Shown here: in pieces, positions 11,433 to 22,929 of the stretch
Layout of the letters: each line of letters begins with the position of its first letter
How positions within the stretch are numbered: position 1 is the stretch's first letter
NCBI GenBank assembly: GCA_963775425.1
Contig: CAVZJB010000003.1
Span: 544,001 to 608,000, forward strand
Length of the DNA: 64,000 bases
Reading direction: 5' to 3'
DNA from: an uncultured delta proteobacterium
GTDB lineage: Bacteria > Myxococcota > UBA727 > VGSZ01
Notes under the pieces: model-generated
Told to the model about the DNA's origin: nothing
Databases searched by the model: none
Seen by the model: the letters and a program-made list of their open reading frames with translations, nothing else
Position numbers and translations under genes: made by a program

Positions 11433-12500
11433 ATGAAGATCACCGTCATTGCACCGAGCGAGCTCGACGGCGGACTGCGCGCCGCCTGGCGCGCGCTCCA
11501 GGCGAGCGACAGCGCGCTCGCGAGCCCGTACTTCTGTCCGGAGCTCACCCTCGCCGTCGCCGCCATCCGGGACGACGTGCGCGTCGCGGTCCTCGAAGAC
11601 GCGGGACGTGTGGCCGGCTTCTTTCCGCACGAGCGCGACGCCGCCGGCGTCTGTCGCCCGGTGGGCGGCGTGCTGTCCGACCACCACGGCGTCGTCGCCG
11701 CACCCGACACGCGCTGGGATTGGCGCGAGCTGTTCGAGGCCGCGGGCATCGCGCAGTGGCGCTTCGATCACCTCGTGCCGGCGCAGGCGCCGCCGTCGAC
11801 GGTGGCGCTGCGCTTGTCGGAGTCGCCCGCGTTGGACCTCAAAGCCGGGTACGCGGCGTACCGCGCCTCTCGGGAGCGCGCGGGCTCGCGCCAGATGCAG
11901 GAGCTCGACCGCAAGGCGCGCAAGCTCGCGCGGGAGGTCGGGCCGGTGCGCTTCGAGGCGCACACGTGCGACGTGCGCGTGCTGAAGCGCATCCTCGCGT
12001 TGAAGTCCGCGCAGTGCCTCACGTCCGGTGTCTTTGACTGCTTCTCCGTCGGGTGGACGCGCGCGCTCGTCGAACGCGTCGCGCACGCCCAGGCGGAGAC
12101 GTTCGCCGGCGCGGTCTCGGCCCTCTACGCCGGCGACGCGCTCGTCGCCGCGCACCTGGGGATGCGCAGTGACCGCGTCTGGCACTGGTGGTTCCCCGTC
12201 TACGACCGCGCCTATGCGCGCTACTCGCCCGGCGCGCTCCTCCTGTTGCGCGTCGCCGAAGCGGCCGCGGAGTCCGGCGCGACGATGCTCGATCTGGGCA
12301 AGGGCAACGACGCGTACAAGGAGCGCTTCGCCGACCTCCACCCGTCGGTGGCGGAGGGCTTCTTGTCCACGCCGTCCCTCATGAACACGACGCGCGGCGC
12401 GCGCGTGCGCATCGGCACCTGGCTGCGGCACGCGCCGCTCCTCGCCCCGTTGCGGCCGGCGGTCCGGGTGTTGCGGCGGCTGGCGCCAGGCGCTCCGTGA
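11433..12500 (+). CDS. GNAT family acetyltransferase (CelD/BcsL-like)
   Basis: SPYFCPE, LSDHHG, YSPGALLL, DLGKGNDAYKERF. Confidence 0.85.
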   Translation: MKITVIAPSELDGGLRAAWRALQASDSALASPYFCPELTLAVAAIRDDVRVAVLEDAGRVAGFFPHERDAAGVCRPVGGVLSDHHGVVAAPDTRWDWRELFEAAGIAQWRFDHLVPAQAPPSTVALRLSESPALDLKAGYAAYRASRERAGSRQMQELDRKARKLAREVGPVRFEAHTCDVRVLKRILALKSAQCLTSGVFDCFSVGWTRALVERVAHAQAETFAGAVSALYAGDALVAAHLGMRSDRVWHWWFPVYDRAYARYSPGALLLLRVAEAAAESGATMLDLGKGNDAYKERFADLHPSVAEGFLSTPSLMNTTRGARVRIGTWLRHAPLLAPLRPAVRVLRRLAPGAP

Positions 12501-12628
12501 GGGGCGCCCTGGTTGCTGCGTGTTCTCACACGCCTCGATGACGGCGTCGGCGACGGCGACGACGCGATCGGAAGCACGCTTGCGCCTCCGCCCGGCCGTC
12601 GTCACACTGTTCGACGACGTGTGAGCCC

Positions 12629-13996
12629 ATGAGGTCTTGTCGGCGCCACCTCGTGATCCCCGCGCTCGCCCTTGCGGCGGCGGCGTGTGAGCCCCCGAGC
12701 GTCGACAGCGATCCGCTCTCGGGCCTGCTCACGCACGAAGCGCAGCGCCAGGCGCTGTGCGCGCGCGGGCGCGCCGACGCCGTCACCGCCGTCTTCTGCG
12801 GCGCCGACCCGCCGGACATCACGTCGCTGACGGACCTCGAGGACGCGCTCGGCATGAGCTTCGACGAGCTTCACCGGCCGGGCTTCGCGTTCACGGCGAA
12901 CTCGTCGGCGCTGTCGGCGCGGCAGGTCACGGCGATCACGCCGCGCGTGGTGATGGTGCGCACCCCCGATCAGCGCGACGACGCGAGCTTCATGACCATC
13001 GCGTACGAGCGCGGGGAGGGCCTCGTCGAGATGGGCGTGCGCCCGCCCGGCGGCGACACGGCGCTGTACCTGCTGCACTACGAGCAGCCCTGCGACGCCA
13101 CCCACGCCGGCTGCACGTTCGAGGATCGGCTGACGCCGGCGACGGAGTCGGGGTGGTCGCGGTGGTCCCTCTACGACGACGTCGATCTGCAGGACACGGT
13201 GTTCGACTGCCTCGAGTGCCACCAGCCGCAGGGGCCGGGCACGCCCGTCGACTTCCGCATGCCCGAGCTGCAGAACCCGTGGACGCATTGGATGGCGCCG
13301 TTCGGGGAAGGGGAGCTCGCGCTGTTTCGCGACTACGGCCTCGCCCACGCGCCCGACGAGGACTACGACGGGGTGCCGGCGCGCTTCATCCTCGCGTCGA
13401 ACCCCATCGACGTCGAGTCGTTCTTCAAGGCGAGCGGGAGCACGCAGGTGAGCCCGTTCCCCTCACAGGTGATCGAAAACGAGGTGAAGGCGTCGGCCCC
13501 GGGACAGCCGGGGGACAACCACGTCGCCGGCCACAGCGCCACGTGGGACGCCCTGTACTCGCGCGCCGTCGCCGGCGAGGTGATTCCGCCGCCGTACCAC
13601 GACGTGAAGATCACCGACGCACAGAAGCTCTCCGCGATGGCCGCGGCGTACGGCGCGTGGCGCGACGGCACCCTCGACGGCCCGCTGCCGGACATCCGCG
13701 ACGTCATCCGCGACGACGCCCTCGCCGACCTCTCGTTTCGCCCCAAGCCCGGGCTCGGGGGGCGCCAGATCCTCGTGCACATGTGCGCGCAGTGCCACAA
13801 CAGCCGGCTCGATCAGACGCTCAGCCGCGCGCGCTTCGACGTCACCCACCTCGACGCGATGAGCCGCGCCGAGAAGGACATCGCTATCGATCGGCTGCAG
13901 CGCCCGGCGAACGATCGCTTCCGCATGCCCCCCCACTTCATGCGGGATCTCTCGAGCGACGACATCGACGCCTGCGTCGCGGCCCTGCGCGAATAG
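12629..13996 (+). CDS. di-heme c-type cytochrome lipoprotein of unknown function
   Basis: Lipobox LAAAAC; CxxCH motifs CLECH and CAQCH; C-terminal MPP as candidate Met ligand. Confidence 0.7.
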   Translation: MRSCRRHLVIPALALAAAACEPPSVDSDPLSGLLTHEAQRQALCARGRADAVTAVFCGADPPDITSLTDLEDALGMSFDELHRPGFAFTANSSALSARQVTAITPRVVMVRTPDQRDDASFMTIAYERGEGLVEMGVRPPGGDTALYLLHYEQPCDATHAGCTFEDRLTPATESGWSRWSLYDDVDLQDTVFDCLECHQPQGPGTPVDFRMPELQNPWTHWMAPFGEGELALFRDYGLAHAPDEDYDGVPARFILASNPIDVESFFKASGSTQVSPFPSQVIENEVKASAPGQPGDNHVAGHSATWDALYSRAVAGEVIPPPYHDVKITDAQKLSAMAAAYGAWRDGTLDGPLPDIRDVIRDDALADLSFRPKPGLGGRQILVHMCAQCHNSRLDQTLSRARFDVTHLDAMSRAEKDIAIDRLQRPANDRFRMPPHFMRDLSSDDIDACVAALRE

Positions 13997-14050
13997 GACG
14001 CGCAGGCGCCGCAGGCGCTTGACGAAGGGGACCGGTGCCGCTAGGAAAGT

Positions 14051-14069
14051 GATAATGAAAGTCATATTC
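14051..14069. promoter_or_regulatory. Fur box overlapping the start codon of the iron permease
   Basis: GATAATGAAAGTCATATTC matches GATAATGATAATCATTATC at 15/19 positions; AT-rich island in high-GC DNA. Confidence 0.75.
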
Positions 14070-16013
14070 GCCCTCGGCGCGCTGCTCGCGTCCGCCACAA
14101 GCTTCGCGGCGCCCGGTCCGCTCGTGGGCGCCGCGCGCGTGATCGTCGCCGCCCCGTCGACGGCGAACGACGGGGCCCGGCGCCTGAGCGCCATCCTCGA
14201 CTACGTCGCGTCCGACTACGCGGGCGCCGTCGACGACGGGAAGATCAAGAGCGACGACGAGTACGCCGAGCAGGTCGGCTTCCTCGACGACGCCGCGCGC
14301 TTCGCCGCCGCGCTCCCGCCGGCGGCGTTCGACGCGAAGGCGGCGGTGGCGAAGCTCCAGGCCGAGGTGAAGGCGCTCGCGTCGCCGCAGACGGTGTCCG
14401 CCGACGCGCGCGCCGCGCGCCGCGCGGTGCTCGACGCCTACGGTGTGGTGCTCGCGCCGACGGCGCCGCTGTCTCTCGCCGAGGGAAAGAAGCTGTACGC
14501 GGCGCGCTGCGCCGTCTGCCACGGCGCAACCGGCGGCGGCGACGGCGTCGGGGGCGCGGCGCTCAAGCCTCCGCCGCGCAACTTCCGCGATCCCGCCGTG
14601 ATGCGCGAGCTCACGCCCGCGCGCGCCTTCAACGGCATCACCGACGGCGTCAGCGGCACCGCGATGCCGTCCTTCTCGATGCTCACGGCGCAAGAGCGCT
14701 GGGACCTCGCGTACACGATCTTCACCCTGCGTCACGATCGCGCCGAGGAAGAGACGGGCGCGAACATCGCCGCCACAGGGAAGGTGCCCCCGCTCACCGT
14801 CGCCGATCTCGCCGGCGCCAGCGACGGCGACCTCACCCGCGCGGCGTCGAACGCGTTTTCGCCCGACACCCCCAACCGCGCCGGCGCCGTCGTCGCCTGG
14901 TACCGCGGCGTGGCCGCCTTCCCGCACGGCGCGGTGACGCTCGACGTGGCCCGCGACGGGCTCGACCGGGCGCTCGCGGCGCTGCAGAGCGGCGACCGCG
15001 CCGAAGCGAAGAGCCGCGTGAGCGAGGCGTACCTCGCGGGCTTCGAGCCGCACGAGGCGCCGCTGCGCGCGGCGTCGCCGGAATTGGTCACGCGCGTCGA
15101 GGAGGCGTTCCTCGGGCTGCGCTCGCAGATCGACCGCGGCGCTTCGGCGTCCTCGCTCGAGGGAGAGATCCGCCGAACGCAGGCGCTCCTCGACGACGCC
15201 GAGGCGCGGCTCACCGGCGCGCGCGGTCCGCGCGTGGCGTTCGTCGGCTCCCTCCTCGTCGCGCTGCGCGAGGGGCTCGAGGCGGCGCTCTTGCTGCTGT
15301 TGTTGTTGAGCTACGCCGACCGCCGGGGGCAGGGGGCCAAGCGCTGGGTGCACCTCGGGTGGATCGCCGCGCTCGGCGCCGGCGTCGCCACGTGGCTCGC
15401 CTCGGGCGCGCTCATCGCGCTCGCGGGCGCGCGCCGCGAGCTCATCGAGGGCGTCGTCGGCCTGCTCGCGGCGTCGGTGCTGGTCACCGCGCACCACTGG
15501 ATTCGCTCGGCCACCGACGGGCGCAAGCGCGCGGCGGACATGAAGGCCACGCTCGCCTCCGGCGCGGGCCGCGCCTCCATGGCGCTGCTCGCGTTCGGCG
15601 TCGTCTACCGCGAGGCGTTCGAGGTGGTGTTGTTCCTCCAGGCCATCGCGCTCGACGGCGGCACCGGCAACGGCCCCGTGCTCGGCGGCTTCGCCGTCGG
15701 CCTCGCCGTGCTCGCCGTCGTCGTCACGGCGCTGTTGCGGCTCGGGCGCAAGGTGAAGACCGGCCCGCTGCTCACCGTGGTGGGCATCCTCTTGTCCGTC
15801 ATGGCCGTCGTCTTCCTCGGCAGCGGCCTGCGCGCGCTCCAGGAGGCGGGCATCGTGCCCATCCATCCGTTCAGCGGCCCGCGCCTCGACAGCCTCGGCA
15901 TCTACCCGACGCTCGAGACCGCCGGCGCCCAGCTCGTGCTCGGGCTCGGCCTGCTCGCGTCCGCCTTCTGGCCGCGCCTGGTGCGCAGGCTGCGGCCGTC
16001 GCCGGCCGTGTGA
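14055..16013 (+). CDS. cytochrome c / FTR1 family iron permease fusion (PbrT/EfeU-like)
   Basis: Signal peptide, LDYVASDY...EYAEQ, CAVCH, TAMPSF, REGLE and REAFE motifs, C-terminal TMs, GIYPT. Confidence 0.9.
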   Translation: MKVIFALGALLASATSFAAPGPLVGAARVIVAAPSTANDGARRLSAILDYVASDYAGAVDDGKIKSDDEYAEQVGFLDDAARFAAALPPAAFDAKAAVAKLQAEVKALASPQTVSADARAARRAVLDAYGVVLAPTAPLSLAEGKKLYAARCAVCHGATGGGDGVGGAALKPPPRNFRDPAVMRELTPARAFNGITDGVSGTAMPSFSMLTAQERWDLAYTIFTLRHDRAEEETGANIAATGKVPPLTVADLAGASDGDLTRAASNAFSPDTPNRAGAVVAWYRGVAAFPHGAVTLDVARDGLDRALAALQSGDRAEAKSRVSEAYLAGFEPHEAPLRAASPELVTRVEEAFLGLRSQIDRGASASSLEGEIRRTQALLDDAEARLTGARGPRVAFVGSLLVALREGLEAALLLLLLLSYADRRGQGAKRWVHLGWIAALGAGVATWLASGALIALAGARRELIEGVVGLLAASVLVTAHHWIRSATDGRKRAADMKATLASGAGRASMALLAFGVVYREAFEVVLFLQAIALDGGTGNGPVLGGFAVGLAVLAVVVTALLRLGRKVKTGPLLTVVGILLSVMAVVFLGSGLRALQEAGIVPIHPFSGPRLDSLGIYPTLETAGAQLVLGLGLLASAFWPRLVRRLRPSPAV

Positions 16014-16016
16014 GGG

Positions 16017-16409
16017 CTACAGGGCGGCGATCACGCGGCGGAGGCGTTGGTCGGCCTCGTCGGCCACGGGGGCGACGGCGGCGTTGTCGACGACGGTGAA
16101 CATCACCTTGGGGTCGGCGATGGAGACCAGCGCGCCGCCGGCGTCCTCCTGCACGACGACGTTGCACGGCAGCAGCAGCCCGATCTGCGCCTCGCCCTCG
16201 AGGGCGCGGTGGGCGAGCTTGGGGTTGCACGCGCCGAGGATGACGTAGGGGCGGAAGTCGACGTCGATCTTCTTTTTCAGCGTGTCTTTGACGTCGATGC
16301 GGGTGAGGACACCGAAGCCCTCGTCCTTCAACGCCGCCGTCACCCGCTCGACCGCGTCGTCGACGCTCGTGTTGTTCATCCGCTTCTCGAACCCGTACCG
16401 GATCGCCAT
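16017..16409 (-). CDS. DUF302 domain protein
   Basis: GFGVLTRID, YVILGACNP, IGLLLPCNVVV. Confidence 0.88.
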   Translation of the reverse strand: MAIRYGFEKRMNNTSVDDAVERVTAALKDEGFGVLTRIDVKDTLKKKIDVDFRPYVILGACNPKLAHRALEGEAQIGLLLPCNVVVQEDAGGALVSIADPKVMFTVVDNAAVAPVADEADQRLRRVIAAL

Positions 16410-16419
16410 GTCGTGCCTC

Positions 16420-18795
<2,376 letters not shown>

Positions 18796-18853
18796 CGTCT
18801 CCTCCTGCGGCGGGCGGGGGACGCGTGGTCCGGCCCGCCGGCACGGGGAGGTG

Positions 18854-18870
18854 AGCAAGGCGCGTGCCCC
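18854..18870 (-). promoter_or_regulatory. putative sigma54 promoter of the copA-DUF302 operon
   Basis: Minus strand GGGGCACGCGCCTTGCT. Confidence 0.6.
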
Positions 18871-18907
18871 GGCCGGCCCTCCGCGTGAGGGCGTAGAGTG
18901 CGCTCCC

Positions 18908-20026
18908 ATGCGCACTGCTCCCGCCGGCCGCGCCTTCGCCGCCGCCACCGTCGTCGTCGTCGCCGTCGTGCTCGGGGGCGTCGTCGTGCTCGGGGCCGTC
19001 GCGTGCACGCGGGCGCGCCCGGCGGCGCGCGTCGACGTCGCGCTCGCGGGGGAGACCATGGGCAGCACGTGGCACGTGAAGCTCGCGGTGCCCGCGGGCG
19101 CCGCCCGCCGCGCGCGCGCGATGAAGGCGCCCATCGACGCCGCCCTCGAGCGCATCAACGACGAGATGTCGACGTACCGCGGCAACAGCGAGATCTCGCG
19201 CTTCAACGCGTGGCCGTCGACGGCACCGTTTTCGGCGTCGCACGAGCTGGCCGTGGTGGTGAAGGCGGCGCTCGACGTGGGCGCGGCGACGGGCGGCGCC
19301 TACGACATCACCATCGATCCGCTCATCGACCTGTGGGGCTTCGACCGCGAGGGCAGGCGAACGAGCCCGCCCGCGCCCGCCGAGATCGCGGCGGCGAGGG
19401 AGCACACGGGCCTGTCGCGCGTGCGCGTCGACGGCGACGCGCTCGTGAAGGTGGACCCCGCCGTGCGCATCAACCTCGGCGGCATCGCCGCCGGCTACGC
19501 CGTCGACGTCGTCAGCGGCCTCCTCGACGACGCCGGCTTCCGCGATCACATGGTGGAGATCACCGGCGAGCTGTGCGCGCACGGGACGAACGCCGCGGGG
19601 CGGCCGTGGCGCATCGGCGTGAAGACGCCGGACATCGGGTCCCCCGGGACGCTCGGCGAGATCCCCGTCGTCGATCGCGCGCTCGCCACCAGCGGCAGCT
19701 ACCACAACTTCTTCGTCTCGGACGGCAAGCGCTACAGCCACATCCTCGATCCGGTCACCGGCGCCCCCGTCGACAGCGACCTCGTCAGCGTCACCGTCCT
19801 CGCCGGCGACGCCCTCACCGCCGACGGCTACGACACGCCGTTCCTCATCGTCGGCGAGGCCCGCGCACGACAGATCATGAAGCGCGTGGGCGGCATGGAG
19901 GCGCTGTTCGTCTACGACGCGGCGGCCGGCCGACGCGTGAGCGCCACGGCCGGCTTCCCCGCTTTCGCGCGCCCGGGCCAGCCGGGCAGAAGCGTGCTGA
20001 GGGCGAGCGCGAGCAGCGCCAGGTAG
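18908..20026 (+). CDS. apbE: FAD:protein FMN transferase
   Basis: [54 protein letters not shown]. Confidence 0.9.
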   Translation: MRTAPAGRAFAAATVVVVAVVLGGVVVLGAVACTRARPAARVDVALAGETMGSTWHVKLAVPAGAARRARAMKAPIDAALERINDEMSTYRGNSEISRFNAWPSTAPFSASHELAVVVKAALDVGAATGGAYDITIDPLIDLWGFDREGRRTSPPAPAEIAAAREHTGLSRVRVDGDALVKVDPAVRINLGGIAAGYAVDVVSGLLDDAGFRDHMVEITGELCAHGTNAAGRPWRIGVKTPDIGSPGTLGEIPVVDRALATSGSYHNFFVSDGKRYSHILDPVTGAPVDSDLVSVTVLAGDALTADGYDTPFLIVGEARARQIMKRVGGMEALFVYDAAAGRRVSATAGFPAFARPGQPGRSVLRASASSAR

Positions 20027-21477
20027 AACGTCAGGCGGTAGGCGTGCTCGAAGCCCTCGAGGTACGCCCGGCAGGCGGCGTCGATCGTGGCCGGCGACGG
20101 CGACGACGACGAGGGCGACGACGGGGGCCGGGTGCAGAGCGCGTAGCGCGCGGTGTCCCGCGGCGCGTGCGCCTGCTCTTCCTGCATGTGCCGCGCGAGC
20201 TCCTGCGAGGCGGGGCTCGCGGCGCTCACGAGGATGGTGGCGAGCACGGCGACGCCGACGGATTGCACGAGGCGCCGCGTGGCGTTCACGAGAGACGAGC
20301 CGCGCGGGAGCTTGTCGCGCGCGACGGAGCCGAGGGCGGCGGTGATGGTCGACTGGAGGGTGGCGCCGAGCGCGAAGCCGCGCAGCACGAGGAGGAATTC
20401 GAGCCACGCCGTCGACGTCGTCGCGTCGAGCTTGGAGAGCTGCCACGTGTTGAGCGAGAGGACGGCGAAGCCGGCGAGGGCGAGCGGGCGCGGGCCGAGC
20501 CTGTCGTAGACGCGGCCGGCGAGCGGCGTGGTGACGCCGGCGGTGAGCGCCATGGGCAGGAGCATCAGCCCCGTGCGCAGCGCGGTGTCGCCGCGGAGCA
20601 TCTGCAGATAGAGCGGCAGCAGGAACTCCGCGCCGAACAGCGCGACGACGGCGACGTAGCCGACGCAGGACGCCACCGCGAACGTCCGCTGCCGGTAGAG
20701 GCGCAGGTCGAGGAGCGGCGCCGCGGCGTGGAAGAGCTCGACGAGGGCGAACGCCGCGAGCGACACGCCGCCGACGGCGAACGACGCGATGACGACGGGC
20801 GAGGACCAGCCGTCGACGCCGGTGCTCGCGGCGCCGTAGAGGACGCCGCCGAAGCCGGCGACGGCGGTGACGACGCCGAGCGGGTCGAGGCGCAGCGCCC
20901 GGCGGGGCTCGCCTTCGTCGTGGATCCACAGCCACGCGAGCGCGACGCCCGCGACGCCCACGGGGACGTTGATGAAGAAGATGAGGCGCCACACGTCGAG
21001 GGTGACGAGGAGCCCGCCGAGGAGCGGCCCGGCGGCGGGCGCGACGAGCAGGACGATGCCGTAGGTGCCGAAGGCGCGGCCCTGGCGCTCCTTCGGGAAG
21101 GAGCGAAAGAGCATGGCCGCCGCCAGCGACTGCGCGAGCCCGCCGCCGCAGCCCTGGAGCGCGCGCGCGGCGACGAGGAGCCACAAAGACGGCGCGAAGC
21201 CCGCGCACACGGAGCCGGCGACGAAGACGCCGAGGCCGGCGACGTAGACGCGCTTGAGCCCGAAGCGCTCGCCCAGGAAGCCCGACACCGGCATGGCGAT
21301 GCCGAGGGCGAGCACGTAGATGCTGATGACCCATTGCGCCTCACCGAGGTCCGCCCCCAGCTCGCCGCGGATGGTGGGGAACGCCACGTTCACCACCGTT
21401 GTGTCGAGGATGATCATGAAGGTCCCGAACACGAGCGCGAGCATCAGCCTGGTCTGGGCGCTCCACGAGAGCCTCAT
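19912..21477 (-). CDS. DHA2 (EmrB/QacA) family MFS efflux transporter
   Basis: LDTTVVNVA, RALQG, GPLLGG, WRLIFFINVPVG, many TM segments. Confidence 0.9.
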   Translation of the reverse strand: MRLSWSAQTRLMLALVFGTFMIILDTTVVNVAFPTIRGELGADLGEAQWVISIYVLALGIAMPVSGFLGERFGLKRVYVAGLGVFVAGSVCAGFAPSLWLLVAARALQGCGGGLAQSLAAAMLFRSFPKERQGRAFGTYGIVLLVAPAAGPLLGGLLVTLDVWRLIFFINVPVGVAGVALAWLWIHDEGEPRRALRLDPLGVVTAVAGFGGVLYGAASTGVDGWSSPVVIASFAVGGVSLAAFALVELFHAAAPLLDLRLYRQRTFAVASCVGYVAVVALFGAEFLLPLYLQMLRGDTALRTGLMLLPMALTAGVTTPLAGRVYDRLGPRPLALAGFAVLSLNTWQLSKLDATTSTAWLEFLLVLRGFALGATLQSTITAALGSVARDKLPRGSSLVNATRRLVQSVGVAVLATILVSAASPASQELARHMQEEQAHAPRDTARYALCTRPPSSPSSSSPSPATIDAACRAYLEGFEHAYRLTFYLALLALALSTLLPGWPGRAKAGKPAVALTRRPAAAS

Positions 21478-21580
21478 GCCTCGACGTAGGCGCCCGTGCG
21501 GCTCGACGCAGATCCGCGCGCCCCGTCGGGGACGCCCCGCGGCGGTTGAAAGGCGGGAGCACGGTGACTAAGCCCGGCCC

Positions 21581-22159
21581 ATGCGCGCGCTCACCCTCTT
21601 CGCCCTCGTCGCCTCCGCAGCGCCCGCCCTCGCCGGCGCCCCACCTGCCACGACCCCACCCGCGAAGACAGCGCCCGCAAAGACAGCGCCCGCGACGAGA
21701 GCGCCCGCGACGCGCGCGCCTGCGACGACCCCGCCCACGACCTCGCCGCCCGCGGGGAGCAAACGCGGCATCGCCGTCGTCGACGCCTGGGCCCGCGCCA
21801 CGCCCCCGGGCGCGAAGGTCGCCGCCGGCTACTTCACCGTCGAAAACGCCGGCGCCGCGTCGGATCGGCTCGTGTCCGCCTCGTCCCCCGCGGGCGAGGT
21901 GGCGCTGCACAAGATGTCGATGCAGGGCGGGGTGATGCGCATGGAGCCGGTCGCCGGCGGCATCGTCGTCCCGCCGGGCGGCAGCGTGACCCTCGCCCCC
22001 GGGGGCACCCACGCGATGTTCACCGGCATCAAGGCGCCGTTCACCGAGCACGCGCGCGTCCCGCTCACGCTCCACTTCGAAAAGGCGGGCGACGTCGACG
22101 TCGTCCTCGACGTGCTCTCCATCGGCGCCAAGGGCCCCGCGAAGGGAGGCGCGCGATGA
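21581..22159 (+). CDS. periplasmic copper chaperone PCu(A)C
   Basis: Signal peptide; DAWARATP, LHKM...MRM, PGGTHAM; Pro/Thr/Ala repeat linker. Confidence 0.88.
   Translation: MRALTLFALVASAAPALAGAPPATTPPAKTAPAKTAPATRAPATRAPATTPPTTSPPAGSKRGIAVVDAWARATPPGAKVAAGYFTVENAGAASDRLVSASSPAGEVALHKMSMQGGVMRMEPVAGGIVVPPGGSVTLAPGGTHAMFTGIKAPFTEHARVPLTLHFEKAGDVDVVLDVLSIGAKGPAKGGAR
21659..21730 (+). repeat. 15-bp tandem coding repeat (PAKTA/PATRA)
   Basis: cccgcgaagacagcg cccgcaaagacagcg cccgcgacgagagcg cccgcgacgcgcgcg. Confidence 0.7.
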
Positions 22160-22908
22160 ACGGACGCGCCCTCCTCACCGCCAGCCTCACGGTGCTCGCC
22201 GTCGCCGCCGGCATCGTCGTCTTCCTCCGCAGCTCGCCCAGCGGCACGGGCGGGACCGGCGGCGCCACCGGCGCGGCCGGCGTCAGCGGCGTCAGCGGCG
22301 TCAGCGGCGGCGTCAGCGGCACCGCCGGGACCGCCGGCGTCGCGGGCGTCGCGGGGGTCGCCGGCGTGAGCGGCGCCGCCACCCCGGGCGCGCCGAAGGG
22401 GGCGGCCATCATCCGCGAGGGCGAGCTCGGCGGGCCCTTCACGCTCACCAACGCCAAGACCGGGGCGCCCTTCACCGACAAGGACCTTGTGGGCGAGCCG
22501 TCGCTCCTGTTCTTCGGCTACACGTCGTGCCCCGACGTCTGCCCCACCGCCCTCGTCGCCGCCGGCCGCTGGCTGAAGGCCCTCGGCAAGGACGGCGACA
22601 AGCTGCGCTTCATCTTCGTGAGCGTGGACCCCGAGCGCGACACAAAGGCGCGGCTGGCGCAGTACCTCGGGGCGTTCAATCCGCGCATCCAGGGCCTCAC
22701 GGGCACGCCTGCGCAGGTCGACAAGATCATCGCCGACTACAAGATCGTGGCGAAGAGGGTGCCGCAGGCGAACGGCGAGTACGCCGTCGAGCACACCGCC
22801 CTGGTCCACCTCATCGACGGCCACGGGCGCTTCGTCGGCACCGTCGACTTCGAGGACGAGGACGCCGCCGTCGTCGCAAAGCTGCGAGGCCTTCTGGCCA
22901 CGAGCTGA
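22156..22908 (+). CDS. SCO1/SenC family protein
   Basis: N-terminal TM, FFGYTSCPDVCP, SVDPERD, EHT. Confidence 0.9.
   Translation: MNGRALLTASLTVLAVAAGIVVFLRSSPSGTGGTGGATGAAGVSGVSGVSGGVSGTAGTAGVAGVAGVAGVSGAATPGAPKGAAIIREGELGGPFTLTNAKTGAPFTDKDLVGEPSLLFFGYTSCPDVCPTALVAAGRWLKALGKDGDKLRFIFVSVDPERDTKARLAQYLGAFNPRIQGLTGTPAQVDKIIADYKIVAKRVPQANGEYAVEHTALVHLIDGHGRFVGTVDFEDEDAAVVAKLRGLLATS
22243..22380 (+). repeat. 9-bp coding repeat giving a Gly-X-Y linker (GVS/GTA/GVA)
   Basis: ggcgtcagc three times in tandem at 22279-22305 plus degenerate copies. Confidence 0.7.
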
Positions 22909-22929
22909 CGTCGGGGGTATGACGCCGTC

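Noticed and set aside
12568-12584. sigma54-like site upstream of the di-heme gene
   Set aside because: GG-N10-GC is present, but the -24 context (GGAAG) is poor.
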